From: an uncultured Gammaproteobacteria bacterium
GTDB lineage: Bacteria; Patescibacteriota; Patescibacteriia; SG8-24
Length of the DNA: 64,000 nt
NCBI GenBank assembly: GCA_964486995.1
Contig: CAZAOV010000002.1
Coordinates: 26,559-90,558, forward strand
Direction of reading: 5' to 3'
How positions within the stretch are numbered: position 1 is the stretch's first letter; every line of letters begins with the position of its first letter. The notes below the pieces were generated by a model. The model worked only from the letters and a program-made list of their open reading frames with translations, was not told where the DNA came from and did not search any database. The position numbers and the translations under genes were made by a program. Positions 1 through 9,925 of the stretch are shown piece after piece.

Positions 1-2
1 AG

Positions 3-407
3 AACGACCAGACTCGGCACAAGACCGAGGCGATATTCGAGGAAATGCGACGCCGTGATATGTTCGAGGAAATCAGCGTGGATCCGTTGAGCCGGGTACA
101 GATCGCCCGCATCATGAAAGCCATCATTCCGGACTCCGCCATGTCCAACGCCAGTCGTTGCTACGCGGTCAGGCTATATGCGAAGTTCACGGACGTTGAC
201 CCACTGGCGGTATTCGAGCAATCCATCTGTGCGGAACGGCTGACGGATTTCAGTGAGGCGTTCGTGGCCGTGGCCATGATGGAAGTGCTGACGCCGCGTG
301 CGCAAGGGGGTGATCAATCCGTCATCCGATTCATTAAACGCATTGAAGCCAACAACGGCTCGATGAAAATCATCGCGGATGCGGCTGCCGAAGCGCTCGG
401 CGAGTAA
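3..407 (+). CDS. hypothetical protein, 5' end probably outside the window
   Basis: Frame is open from position 3 through the 45..407 ORF; followed by a hairpin with a T-tract at ~415-440. Confidence 0.6.
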   Translation, partial: NDQTRHKTEAIFEEMRRRDMFEEISVDPLSRVQIARIMKAIIPDSAMSNASRCYAVRLYAKFTDVDPLAVFEQSICAERLTDFSEAFVAVAMMEVLTPRAQGGDQSVIRFIKRIEANNGSMKIIADAAAEALGE

Positions 408-587
408 TATTACCAACGGGCATTTCGCCCGTTTTTTTGTGATTAATACAAAGGTCAAAAACGCCCTGATAGATGCGGGGCGTTTAGTAATTAATCTGTT
501 GACGGCGAGGCGGCAGGCAATCTTTACAGCCAGCGATAAATGTGCTAATTTGATTAGCGGTTTAGCGGTTTGCGAAGAGAGATTGAG

Positions 588-1055
588 ATGAGCGAAGACA
601 AAAAGAACCCCATTCCCGGTCAGCAGCTGCTCGTACCGAATCATGATCAGTTGATCGTGATTGCGGGGCGGAAAGATAATCCCTACGAGCCAGATGAGCA
701 AGGGAACGCGGGAAGCGAGAGAGAACGGCGAAACTCTGCCGGCAATCAGAGGACGCGAAACGCCGATAAGCGACGGCGAAGAAAGCGACGTGCATCCAAG
801 AAGCGAAATTCCGGACGCACTCGCCAGAATAAATCCCGCCAGCCCGCGCCGCTCACCAGGAAAGATGTCGAGAAGCTGCGGCGCAATCTGCAGCATGCGC
901 TCGCTGAAGTGGAGTACAGGCGCGGTCTGCATGAGCATGCGGTTACCCATGCCGACAAGATGCTCACGGAAATCGACCTGGATAAAGCCCAGGAAAAAGC
1001 GGGGCGACTGCGCTCCCGACTCGAATCGGCCATAAATCAAGACAACAATTCGTGA
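588..1055 (+). CDS. hypothetical protein with a basic Arg/Lys-rich segment and C-terminal coiled coil
   Basis: ORF 570..1055, likely start MSEDKK at 588; ends just before the hairpin at 1090-1117. Confidence 0.55.
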   Translation: MSEDKKNPIPGQQLLVPNHDQLIVIAGRKDNPYEPDEQGNAGSERERRNSAGNQRTRNADKRRRRKRRASKKRNSGRTRQNKSRQPAPLTRKDVEKLRRNLQHALAEVEYRRGLHEHAVTHADKMLTEIDLDKAQEKAGRLRSRLESAINQDNNS

Positions 1056-1089
1056 CTTAGCGGCAGCATTGCGATGCCGGTTCAATCAG

Positions 1090-1117
1090 AAAACCACCGA
1101 CTTAACGGTGGTTTTTT
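1090..1117. terminator. bidirectional intrinsic terminator
   Basis: aaaaccaccg-acttaa-cggtggtttt between convergent genes. Confidence 0.75.
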
Positions 1118-2270
1118 ATCTGACTTCGACATTGATGTGATCAGCGGTGTTCGGTAGCCGTCGTGCCCAGAACGGCTTTATCTTTACCGATGCGGATGAT
1201 ACGCCGTCTAGCGATTCTAAATATTGAACGGCGGCGTTAGTGGTTATTCCAACTAATTTTTCCGAATCCAGGCCCGAAGCCTCGGTCGATAGCACCGACT
1301 GCCCGCGAGCAGCGACACGCACATTGGCGCGCTTACCGATTAAGTCCACTTTCTCGGCGGTCATATCCGAGTCGTCTAGATTCAACTGCGTCAGCATGCG
1401 ATCAAACGGCAACTTGTCAGCGAGCATCTGACGTACGCGTTGCTCAAAACCTGCTTCGTCATAAAACACAGCTTGACCGTTAACTGCCACAGTAAGCGTG
1501 AATGCGACCGCCTCTTCGCCTGCGGCGACATCGCTGGTGGAGCGGGTAGTTTCATAAATAAACAGTTCACCCGACATCGGCGCATCGTCCTCCCTAGCCT
1601 TCTCACGCAACGCCTCGGCTATTTCATCTTCTAGGCGACTTAACAATAAATCCTCGGCTTTTGTAATATCGGTCGGCGTAACCATGCGCACTTCTTTTTT
1701 GCCGCCCGACATCTGACCGACTGACCTAACAGTAAAAAAGGCGCGCGTTGACTCGTTCAGGCCCGGAATTGTGAATTCAGTGCCCTCAGACAGCTCCCCC
1801 ACTTCACCCGCTTCATCAGAAAAAACCTGCGCCCGCACCCTGCCGAAGCCCGGCACAACTACAGTATCTTTGATGCGGAACAACAATCCGTCTTCGGTCA
1901 TTAGGCGCGTTGAGGCAATTAAAGTTTGGTCACGATACAAATCGCTCGAAATTTCCACTTCACCTTCAGCATTCATGTCGATAGTTACTATCGAAGATGA
2001 ATTGAAAGTTTGCGAAGTGGACTTCGAGAGTTGATACACACTGCCCAGAACCTCATCATCACTAGGCCGCGCTGAAACATCAACAATCAACTCAGCTTCG
2101 ACACCCTGCTGTTCACTCAACACTGTCACGTTGGCGCGCGAAAAAGCCATGTACACCGCAAACACGGCAATAAACACAGCAATGACGAAAAAAGCCACGG
2201 CAATTAGACGATAAACCTTGTTCGATTGATGTTGTTGTTCTGGCTCGCTGACTTCGATCATATCCCCCAA
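1116..2270 (-). CDS. single-TM membrane-anchored protein with baseplate J/gp47-like domain (common CPR family)
   Basis: 384 aa; N-terminal TM; LIASTRLMTEDGLLFRI / FTIPGL / GG motifs and a C-terminal PFW..LP motif recalled from this family. Confidence 0.55.
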   Translation of the reverse strand: MGDMIEVSEPEQQHQSNKVYRLIAVAFFVIAVFIAVFAVYMAFSRANVTVLSEQQGVEAELIVDVSARPSDDEVLGSVYQLSKSTSQTFNSSSIVTIDMNAEGEVEISSDLYRDQTLIASTRLMTEDGLLFRIKDTVVVPGFGRVRAQVFSDEAGEVGELSEGTEFTIPGLNESTRAFFTVRSVGQMSGGKKEVRMVTPTDITKAEDLLLSRLEDEIAEALREKAREDDAPMSGELFIYETTRSTSDVAAGEEAVAFTLTVAVNGQAVFYDEAGFEQRVRQMLADKLPFDRMLTQLNLDDSDMTAEKVDLIGKRANVRVAARGQSVLSTEASGLDSEKLVGITTNAAVQYLESLDGVSSASVKIKPFWARRLPNTADHINVEVR

Positions 2271-2364
2271 TATTTATTCGCCTTAAATATACCAGATTTA
2301 AAGCGGAGAAGAAACTGCGCAGCTTTAAAGACGGTCACTAGGACCGTCTTTAGTAAGTTGTTGC

Positions 2365-2685
2365 CTATACCAACGAAAGTGCGACTTCGAGCAACTCGTC
2401 GTCTATGGGCAGACCCTCGATGATGAGTCGCACAAAGTGACGGGCACGCTCACGATCACAAAACACGACACGCCACACCTCGGTGTCGAGCTGACGCAGG
2501 ACAGTTAGGATGCAGCTGACATGATCCGCACTGTAGCGCAGATCATTCTCTCCCCCACCGAAACCCTGACCCATGAGGCAGAGAATCAGTGCGAGGAACA
2601 TATCGTCGTCTTCGTACGTGTCCAAGCTGTCATCAAGACAAACCTGATTCACGGCCTCGACAACTGCTCCTTCCAGATAACACAT
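2365..2685 (-). CDS. hypothetical acidic protein
   Basis: Start refined to MCYLEG (SD aaggag upstream); has its own sigma70 promoter. Confidence 0.65.
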   Translation of the reverse strand: MCYLEGAVVEAVNQVCLDDSLDTYEDDDMFLALILCLMGQGFGGGENDLRYSADHVSCILTVLRQLDTEVWRVVFCDRERARHFVRLIIEGLPIDDELLEVALSLV

Positions 2686-2737
2686 GTTTCTCTCCTTTGT
2701 TTGGGCTCTCAATGCGGGAGACTCAAAAGAACATGTT

Positions 2738-2766
2738 ATATTAGCATAAAATAGCCCCTTTGTCAA
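2738..2766 (-). promoter_or_regulatory. sigma70 promoter
   Basis: TTGACA-17 nt-TAATAT on the minus strand, upstream of 2685. Confidence 0.7.
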
Positions 2767-3074
2767 GGATAAAAACACAAGCCGCCGAACCGTTCGGATG
2801 TGCGGCACCGGCAGGCTGGCCGAACATAAGGATTTTTATCTATTTCCCTCCCCCTTTCCACTAAGGGAGAAATTTGTGGTGGGTGTGACTGCTTCCCTCA
2901 AAACCCCCACAACAGAAGATGGGCCGGGGTGAAGGTGACGAGCGGCAAAAAACACCCGAAAAGGTGTTTTTTCCTGGCGATGCGTATTAGATGAAGCTCG
3001 AATATTTTGAGCAAAATCGCAGGTTTATCGAATGAATTACTTGTAGTTGCTGTTAACGTTGTCCGTAGCCCATG

Positions 3075-3488
3075 TTACTCAATCTTAGAAAAATCTCCGT
3101 TAAGAACAGTCGGCTTCACCGCTTCAATCTCTGACTTACAGTAAGGCATTTCGGGAATCGGGTTTAGCATAAACACTTTTTGATTTAGAACATGGGCAAA
3201 ACCGATTTCCATTAACGTATTCCCGCCAACATAATTTTTGATGCCGTTCTTATCATAGTTCAAAACAAGCACCGCATCAGCCTCCTGCATCATATTCCAA
3301 AATTCACGAATGGCATCCATGTTATATTTTTGGTGAAGCTTGATTTTTTCAATTTCTTCATCGGTTTTGCCAACCATCGCTTTATGTAAATCTGTAACAA
3401 AAGCATCATGACCCAATTTTCGAAGTTTTTCTTTAACTTCAAGCATTTTATCAGTAAATTGCATGGAGCCGATTATTCCAATTTTCAT
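3075..3488 (-). CDS. small Rossmann-like protein, nucleoside 2-deoxyribosyltransferase-like
   Basis: MKIGIIGSM ... ADAVLVLN ... GGNTLMEIGFA motif; visibly more AT-rich than its neighbours. Confidence 0.6.
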   Translation of the reverse strand: MKIGIIGSMQFTDKMLEVKEKLRKLGHDAFVTDLHKAMVGKTDEEIEKIKLHQKYNMDAIREFWNMMQEADAVLVLNYDKNGIKNYVGGNTLMEIGFAHVLNQKVFMLNPIPEMPYCKSEIEAVKPTVLNGDFSKIE

Positions 3489-3992
3489 GAAAATGAGTTT
3501 TTAAAGTAATTAATATCACCTAGCGTCAGTGGGTAATAGCCCTTGTTGTGCGCGGGTGAGCAAAACGTAGCGCAACGAAAGCGCTGTGCCCACTCGAGTT
3601 GAAGGTCAGCAAGTTACTTCTGTAGCAGAAGTAATCACCAGAAAAGACCGAAATCAAACCATCTGAAGAAATCATAGATGACTCAACGAAAAATTGACAC
3701 CGTTACGGCAAGTTGTCTGTTCCGATTGGGCCATAATTATCAATTGCTTCAGTCTCAAGAAATGTCTCTAAAAAATTCGAAAGTGCGCCCCGGTTCAAAG
3801 CCACCACGCACGAGAAGCATACGGAGCGTAATCGCTTCGCGATAAAATGGCTTGGATTTTGTCCTAAAGATACCGCCTCAAAAACACCCTTTCGGGTGTG
3901 TTTTCGTGGCGGTACGGAAAATCTTTCAATCGCCAGGCAATACGAGTGGCGAATCAACCCCGCCACCAAAAATCAGCCCGTCAGGCCGGCGG

Positions 3993-6900
3993 TCAGACCT
4001 TGACCGCTCCCCTGCCCACCAACTGCTCCACCGCCACAATCAAATCCGACGACACGGCCACGCTGTAATTGGTTTTAATGCGTTTTTCTTGGCCGCTGTC
4101 GTTCACGAGCAGGATTACTTTACGAGTGCCGGAATGCTGTTCAAATGCTTCTTTGAGTTTGTCCACGACCGATGGCGCCATCGCTACCGGCACTTCAATC
4201 GTGACGGTTTCGGATTTCACTTTTACGGACGGGTCTTTGACGCAGCCACCGCCGAGCGCCAGCATATCGCGCACTTCGGATACGTTTTCCGGCGATAGAG
4301 GGGTAATTTTCTCGCACAGCAGCTTGATTTCGCCGTCGCGTTCGTCCAGCTTAGCCTCGACCATCACTGGCGTGTCCTTAATCCACTTATGTTTGGACTC
4401 AGCGAACGTGCGCGGGAACACCACTACTTCAGCCTCGAATCCACTGCCATCGTCGAGTCGCACAAATGCCATTGGTTCTTGCTTCTTCTTGGTGAGAATC
4501 TCGCGGATATCGGCAATCATTCCGCCCACCCGAACCAAGCCAGTTTGACCGCGCTTTTCTTCGAGCTTGTTGAGCGGTTCCAGAGAGCCCTCGAAATATT
4601 TGGCGTATTCGGTGAACGGATGTTCAGACACGTATAAACCGAGCAGTTCGCGTTCCCAGGCGAGCTTTTCGCGCTTAGTGGCGGACGGAACTTCGCGGAG
4701 CTTAAGCTGTACTTCGCCGGCGAGCGCGGGCGCGTCCGCAAAAAGGTTGCTCTGGCCGGACGCCAAATCTTTCATGGTCTCGCGGTTGAACTTGGTAATC
4801 TGATCGATGCTGGCGAGCAGTTGATTGCGTTCGCCAAGACAATCCATGGCTCCTGCTTTCATCAACGCCTCCAACACGCGCTTATTGAAGAACTTGGTCT
4901 CCATGCGCGAGGCCATATCGACTATACTCTTATGCTTACCGCGTTCCTTGCGCTCGTCCACGATGGCCTGCGCCACGTCGGTGCCCACGTTTTTGATTGC
5001 CTGAAGGCCGAAGCGGATGGTCTTGTCATCGATGTAAGTGAAGTCCACCAACGATTCGTTGACCGACGGAGGCAGAACCTCGATGCCCATGCGATTGCAC
5101 TCGGCCACGATAATCGCCACCTCATCGAGGTCACGCGACTCACAAGTGAGCAGCGCGCTCATGTATTCGGACGGCCAATTAGCCTTCAAATACGCGGTCT
5201 GATACGCCACCATACCGTAACTGCAGGCATGCGCCTTATTGAATCCGTATTGTGCGAACGGCTCGATGAGCCTCCACAGTTCCCAGGCTTTCTCCTCGGT
5301 CAGTCCGCCGTGCTCCTGACAGCCGCCGATGAACTTGCCCTGCTGTCGGTCCATCTCTTCTTTGATTTTCTTACCCATGGCCTTCCTGAGCTTGTCCGCC
5401 TCGAGCCAGTCATAGCCGGCGAGCGTGATGGCGGTCAGCATGACGTCATCCTGATACACCAAGAGGCCGTAACTCGCCTTGAGAGCTTCTTCGAGCCGTG
5501 GGTCTGGGTATTCAATCAGCTTTGGATCCTTAGACCTGGCGATATACTCGGGAATAGTTTCCATCGGGCCCGGGCGATACAGTGCCACCATGGCCATGAT
5601 GTCGGTAATCTTCTTCGGCTCCAATGCCATCAGATTCTTGGTCATACCCGCACCGCCCAGCTGAAACAGGCCCTTGGTTTCGCCGCGCTTCAGAAGTTCG
5701 AAAGTCTTGGGGTCGTCGAGCGGTATGTCGCGAATGTCGATATCTAGCCCCTTGGTATTCTTGATGGTTTTTATGGCCAGACCGAGGATAGAAAGGTTGC
5801 GAATACCGAGAAAGTCCATTTTGACCGCACCTGCGTCTTCCACCTGATGCATATCGTACTGGGTGGTGAGCTTGTCGCCGCCGTGCGAGTCACGCTGTAG
5901 CGCGGTGAACTCGGTCAAGGGACGAGGCGTGATAACCACGCCAGCAGCGTGCACTGAGCAGTGGCGCGCGCAGCCTTCGACTTTTTGCGCCAGATTGAGC
6001 AGACGCTTGACCTGTGGGTCATTATCGTACATCTCTTTGAGTTCGGGTTCCATCTCTAGCCCTTGCTCGATGTTCTTGGCGGACACGGGAATGAGCTTGG
6101 AAATCTGGTCGCAAAAAACGTAGGGTAAATTGAGTGCGCGGCCCACGTCGCGCACCGCCCCGCGCGCGGCAAGGGTTCCGTAAGTGCCGATTTGCGCGAC
6201 CTTGTCTTTGCCGTACTTGTCGGTCGCGTACTGGATGACTTCATCTCGACGAGTATCTTCAAAGTCGCCGTCAATATCCGGCGCGGACGGACGGAGCGGA
6301 TTCAAAAAACGCTCGAACGGCAACTTGTAGGTCATCGGATTGACTGGAACGATGTCGATGGCATAGGAAACGAGCGAACCGGCGGCCGAGCCACGGGTCG
6401 TATTGGCAATTCCCTGCTCGTTGGCGAACTTCATATAGTCGGACACGATCAGGAAGTACGACGCATAGCCCTTGGTCTTGATGATGTCCAGTTCGTAGTC
6501 TATTCGCTTGTAGAATTCTTCCGGTACGCCCTCGGGCATTTTTTCTTTAATGCCCTTAAGCGTCTCCTCGCGAAGGACTTCGTCATAGGTCTTGCCTTCT
6601 GGAATTTTATAATCAGCAAAATACCATTTGCCGAGTTCCAGTTCTACGTTACAGCGCTCGGCGATCTTGGCGGTGTTTTCGATGGCTTCTGGGAAGTTGC
6701 GAAACGCCTGTTCCATATGATCGCCGGACACGAACGAGTAGTCGGCGCCCATCATGGTCTTACGACGGTCGTCCTGAACGACCTTGCCGGAGCCAACGCA
6801 CATCAGAACGTCATGCGCTTCGGCGTCGTCCGGATCCAGGTAATGCACGTCCTTGGTGGCGACCAGCTCAAGACCAGTTTTCTTGGCCAACTCGATGAGG

Positions 6901-7472
6901 TCTTTGTTGCGCGCCACCTGCTCGTCCAGCTCGGGATGGTCCTGCATCTCGAGGAAGAAATTATCTGCACCGAGAATGTCTTTGTATTCGTTGGCCACGC
7001 GTTCGGCTTTTTCGAGGTCGCCACTGCCGAGTGCCTTGCAGATTTCTCCGGACAGCCCGCCCGATAACCCAATGAGCCCAGCCGAGTGCTGGCGCAGAAC
7101 TTCCTTGTCGATACGCGGGCGATAGTAGAAACCTTCGACGTTGGCTATAGTCGCGAGCTTAAGGAGGTTCATGTACCCCTCGGTGGTTTCGGCGAGCAGG
7201 ACAAACTGATTGGTCCGGTCGTCGATACGCGGCCGCTTGTCGGTGAGTTTATCGAGCGCCATGTAAGCGCAAATGCCAATGATAGGTTTTATCTCGGCTT
7301 TATGACAGGCCTGATAGAACTCCACTCCCCCATGCAGTACGCCATAGTCAGTCATCGCCACCGCCGGCATCTCGAGCTCCTTAGCGCGCGAAACCAGCTC
7401 CTTGATTTTCGGGAGCGCACGGAGCATCGAATAGTGCGAATGCACGTGGAGATGGACGAATTTGCTTGGCAT
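3993..7472 (-). CDS. dnaE: DNA polymerase III subunit alpha
   Basis: PHP motif FVHLHVHSHYS, GRGSAAGS-type TRGSAAGS, PDIDGDF, KMDFLG, YGFNKAH, C-terminal OB fold. Confidence 0.98.
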   Translation of the reverse strand: MPSKFVHLHVHSHYSMLRALPKIKELVSRAKELEMPAVAMTDYGVLHGGVEFYQACHKAEIKPIIGICAYMALDKLTDKRPRIDDRTNQFVLLAETTEGYMNLLKLATIANVEGFYYRPRIDKEVLRQHSAGLIGLSGGLSGEICKALGSGDLEKAERVANEYKDILGADNFFLEMQDHPELDEQVARNKDLIELAKKTGLELVATKDVHYLDPDDAEAHDVLMCVGSGKVVQDDRRKTMMGADYSFVSGDHMEQAFRNFPEAIENTAKIAERCNVELELGKWYFADYKIPEGKTYDEVLREETLKGIKEKMPEGVPEEFYKRIDYELDIIKTKGYASYFLIVSDYMKFANEQGIANTTRGSAAGSLVSYAIDIVPVNPMTYKLPFERFLNPLRPSAPDIDGDFEDTRRDEVIQYATDKYGKDKVAQIGTYGTLAARGAVRDVGRALNLPYVFCDQISKLIPVSAKNIEQGLEMEPELKEMYDNDPQVKRLLNLAQKVEGCARHCSVHAAGVVITPRPLTEFTALQRDSHGGDKLTTQYDMHQVEDAGAVKMDFLGIRNLSILGLAIKTIKNTKGLDIDIRDIPLDDPKTFELLKRGETKGLFQLGGAGMTKNLMALEPKKITDIMAMVALYRPGPMETIPEYIARSKDPKLIEYPDPRLEEALKASYGLLVYQDDVMLTAITLAGYDWLEADKLRKAMGKKIKEEMDRQQGKFIGGCQEHGGLTEEKAWELWRLIEPFAQYGFNKAHACSYGMVAYQTAYLKANWPSEYMSALLTCESRDLDEVAIIVAECNRMGIEVLPPSVNESLVDFTYIDDKTIRFGLQAIKNVGTDVAQAIVDERKERGKHKSIVDMASRMETKFFNKRVLEALMKAGAMDCLGERNQLLASIDQITKFNRETMKDLASGQSNLFADAPALAGEVQLKLREVPSATKREKLAWERELLGLYVSEHPFTEYAKYFEGSLEPLNKLEEKRGQTGLVRVGGMIADIREILTKKKQEPMAFVRLDDGSGFEAEVVVFPRTFAESKHKWIKDTPVMVEAKLDERDGEIKLLCEKITPLSPENVSEVRDMLALGGGCVKDPSVKVKSETVTIEVPVAMAPSVVDKLKEAFEQHSGTRKVILLVNDSGQEKRIKTNYSVAVSSDLIVAVEQLVGRGAVKV

Positions 7473-7484
7473 GTTCTGTTAATC

Positions 7485-7560
7485 GTATCGGCAGAGCTTG
7501 CCTCTGCCTATTCGCTATCTACTATAAATTATGGTGGGCAGAGGCAAGCTCTGCCGCCAC
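7485..7560. repeat. REPIN-like inverted pair, family A
   Basis: gtatcggcagagcttgcctctgcc ... gggcagaggcaagctctgccgccac; related copies elsewhere in the window. Confidence 0.8.
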
Positions 7561-7650
7561 CCATCTACATCTACCTTATACTAATGCGAGCTTATATAAA
7601 AAGACGAGATGATTCAATCATGTCTTGACCCTAAATCGGGTGTAAGATTT

Positions 7651-8337
7651 TTAATCCTGGCTTTTCGGGGCCAACTCCTCAGCTTTGACGCCTATATTCA
7701 AACCTGGCCCCAGCCTCTTATCCATCTGCTGGAGAAAATACGGCCGGATTTCTTTCGTGAGGGTGCGAAGAATGCTCTGATCACGCCATCGTTTTTCCTG
7801 GATTCGCCGGACGAACTGGTCACGCCTGAATATCATCTCACCTAAATCAATTAAAATAACTTTACCTGCCGTGGTTATGCCGCAATTTTGAGCCGGCAAA
7901 AAGGACTGGGTCATAACTCCCTGTTGCAGCAACCCGAGTGTTAAATCAACATAGCGATCGATAATTTGCCGCTGTTCAGGCAGCTCGACGCGATATAACT
8001 CCTCACCGACCGTGGCCGCCACGCAATCCTGTTCGTAACAACAATTCGGTAAAAACACAGGATTTCCCAATAGGGCTCCATCCAATAAGTGCGCTCTTTC
8101 AGCTAAACCGGATAAAGACTCACGTATGTGACTCTCTACGATGCTTGAACGCTTAAACACTTGGTGCGGGGACAGGCGGCTTTCTTTAAGTACCCTCCAT
8201 AGTCGTTCCCGCCTCGACAGTGGCACCTTCAATACACGCCCCCCGCCAGCCGAAAAAACCGCGAACTGCCAACCTTGACCGATTCGCTCGCCGGCTGTCG
8301 TGATGCGTACCTTTGTCGTAATCATACTTTCTTTCAT
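7651..8337 (-). CDS. protein-kinase-like fold protein
   Basis: IGQGWQFAVF (Gly loop), VLKVP (Lys), N...VILIDLGE (DFG-like); no obvious catalytic HxD. Confidence 0.5.
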   Translation of the reverse strand: MKESMITTKVRITTAGERIGQGWQFAVFSAGGGRVLKVPLSRRERLWRVLKESRLSPHQVFKRSSIVESHIRESLSGLAERAHLLDGALLGNPVFLPNCCYEQDCVAATVGEELYRVELPEQRQIIDRYVDLTLGLLQQGVMTQSFLPAQNCGITTAGKVILIDLGEMIFRRDQFVRRIQEKRWRDQSILRTLTKEIRPYFLQQMDKRLGPGLNIGVKAEELAPKSQD

Positions 8338-8395
8338 CTATGTCCGCCTTGCGCTGCATGGTCAAGTTTTGACCTTGTGGTAATCTAAATTAAAT

Positions 8396-9043
8396 ATGTC
8401 TTGGTGCGGCAAAATAATCAGCTTTGTACTTATATCGATAGCGATCCTCGCGTTGGTGTCGGTTGGCTTGTTGTGGCGCGTACAAAACAAATATGAGCCG
8501 TTGGTTGCCGCTGATGTCGAAGCCCTCTCCGCCACCAATGTGGTCATCGTATTCGGTGCCGGATTGACGGCGAACAGCACTCGACCGTCGGATATGCTGC
8601 ACGATCGCCTGCAGACTGCAGCTGAAGTCTACCACGCCGGCAAGGCGCGAATAATTTTAGTATCTGGCGACAATCGTTTCGAAAACTACAACGAACCGGA
8701 GGTGATGCGGGAAACTTTAATTGAAGAGTATGATGTGCCGAGAGAAGACATCTACGCCGACTACGCCGGTCGCCGCACCTACGACACTTGCGCCCGTGCG
8801 CACGAACTGTGGGGTGTGCGGCGCGCGATTCTGGTGACACAGAATTTTCATTTGCCGCGCGCACTCATGACATGTTCGACGCTCGGCATAGAAAGCCGGG
8901 GTGTTTCGGCCTCATTACGCCCATATATGTTAATGCAACGCAACAATCTGCGCGAAGCGCTGGCGCAACTTAAGGCGTACTTTGATTTATACATTTGGTC
9001 GCCCGACTATCTGGGCGGTCCGCAAGAAGCGCGGATAGATTAA
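8396..9043 (+). CDS. SanA/YdcF (DUF218) family protein
   Basis: N-terminal TM, VFGAG, ILVSGDN, YNEP, DYAGRRTYDTC, VTQNFHLPRA. Confidence 0.9.
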   Translation: MSWCGKIISFVLISIAILALVSVGLLWRVQNKYEPLVAADVEALSATNVVIVFGAGLTANSTRPSDMLHDRLQTAAEVYHAGKARIILVSGDNRFENYNEPEVMRETLIEEYDVPREDIYADYAGRRTYDTCARAHELWGVRRAILVTQNFHLPRALMTCSTLGIESRGVSASLRPYMLMQRNNLREALAQLKAYFDLYIWSPDYLGGPQEARID

Positions 9044-9070
9044 AAACCACCCAAGCGGGTGGTTTTAGGA

Positions 9071-9751
9071 TCAGTGTAGTAACTCAGAGGGAATCGGCGC
9101 CACTGGTGGCTGCCGCAACCGACGTTGAAACGCCGCACGCCGTCGGTCGATTTCGCTTACGGTTAGCCGCGCGTGCGGCTGATAGCTCCGATACGGCCCG
9201 CGCTCACCGTATGCCGGTCGATAAAGCGGCCGCACATCGAAAAACCAATGCAAGAACAGGTGATTGGCCAAGCTGGGTCGATATCGAACGGTCATATCGT
9301 AGTTGTACCGCGCATATCCGTCGACATTCAGGGCGAACATCGCCTCCAGCCGCACCTGCTGACTGCGTGAATCATGCCGAATGCTGACTGCGGCTATTGG
9401 CACCGTTGGCCGTCCGGGCGGTGAAGATGGATAGGCAACAAACGACACCGTCCGCAGCGAACCGGTGCGCCGCTCAACGCAACCGACGTAATCAACCAAG
9501 CCGTCGCGGTCCCAATCCACGTTGTTAATGCCGTTCGCCGGATCATTGATGAGGGTTTCGAGCGCGGTCATATCGCGCGCCGCACTGCGACCGGTCGAAG
9601 ACATTAGCTCCATCACGGTCTGCAAATTGAAATCTGAGACGGTGGCAACTGGTGCTGCTCTACACGTGTCCTGCTGAGCATACGCCTGTGCTCCGCACAA
9701 CAGAACGCCTCCGAGAACCGCCGCCACGAAAACCGCTCGAATCGACCGCAT
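9071..9751 (-). CDS. secreted protein with DxDxDG Ca-binding-like motif
   Basis: Signal peptide ending AYA; INNVDWDRDGLVDYV; SD aaggagg. Confidence 0.7.
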   Translation of the reverse strand: MRSIRAVFVAAVLGGVLLCGAQAYAQQDTCRAAPVATVSDFNLQTVMELMSSTGRSAARDMTALETLINDPANGINNVDWDRDGLVDYVGCVERRTGSLRTVSFVAYPSSPPGRPTVPIAAVSIRHDSRSQQVRLEAMFALNVDGYARYNYDMTVRYRPSLANHLFLHWFFDVRPLYRPAYGERGPYRSYQPHARLTVSEIDRRRAAFQRRLRQPPVAPIPSELLH

Positions 9752-9925
9752 GGTCAGCCTCCTTTCAAATGAATGTCGTTCGCATATTTACACGGCGGAA
9801 AAAAAGAGTCAAACACGGCCGTGCAAAAAAACGCGCATTTCTACACGTTTTTTAATTTTGCCTGTCTGTACTTTCTCAAGTACTATCTGTCTGTACTTTT
9901 CTGAGTACAGACAGGTAGCAAATTT

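Noticed and set aside
174-1085. 303-aa minus-strand ORF
   Set aside because: Overlaps two plausible + strand genes that end at terminators; no motifs
1116-2270. Baseplate J-like gene as evidence of a prophage or contractile injection system
   Set aside because: No other phage or tail genes nearby; the protein has a TM anchor and resembles a widespread chromosomal CPR family
3993-7472. Intein or split in dnaE
   Set aside because: Length (1159 aa) and motif order are normal
4069-7628. Long + strand ORFs opposite dnaE, and similar ones opposite pheS, pheT, clpC, recG and the transposase
   Set aside because: Antisense or alternate-frame shadows of well-supported genes
9860-9925. Duplicated ctgtctgtacttt sequence
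   Set aside because: Best explained as a terminator hairpin with a locally duplicated arm; single occurrence
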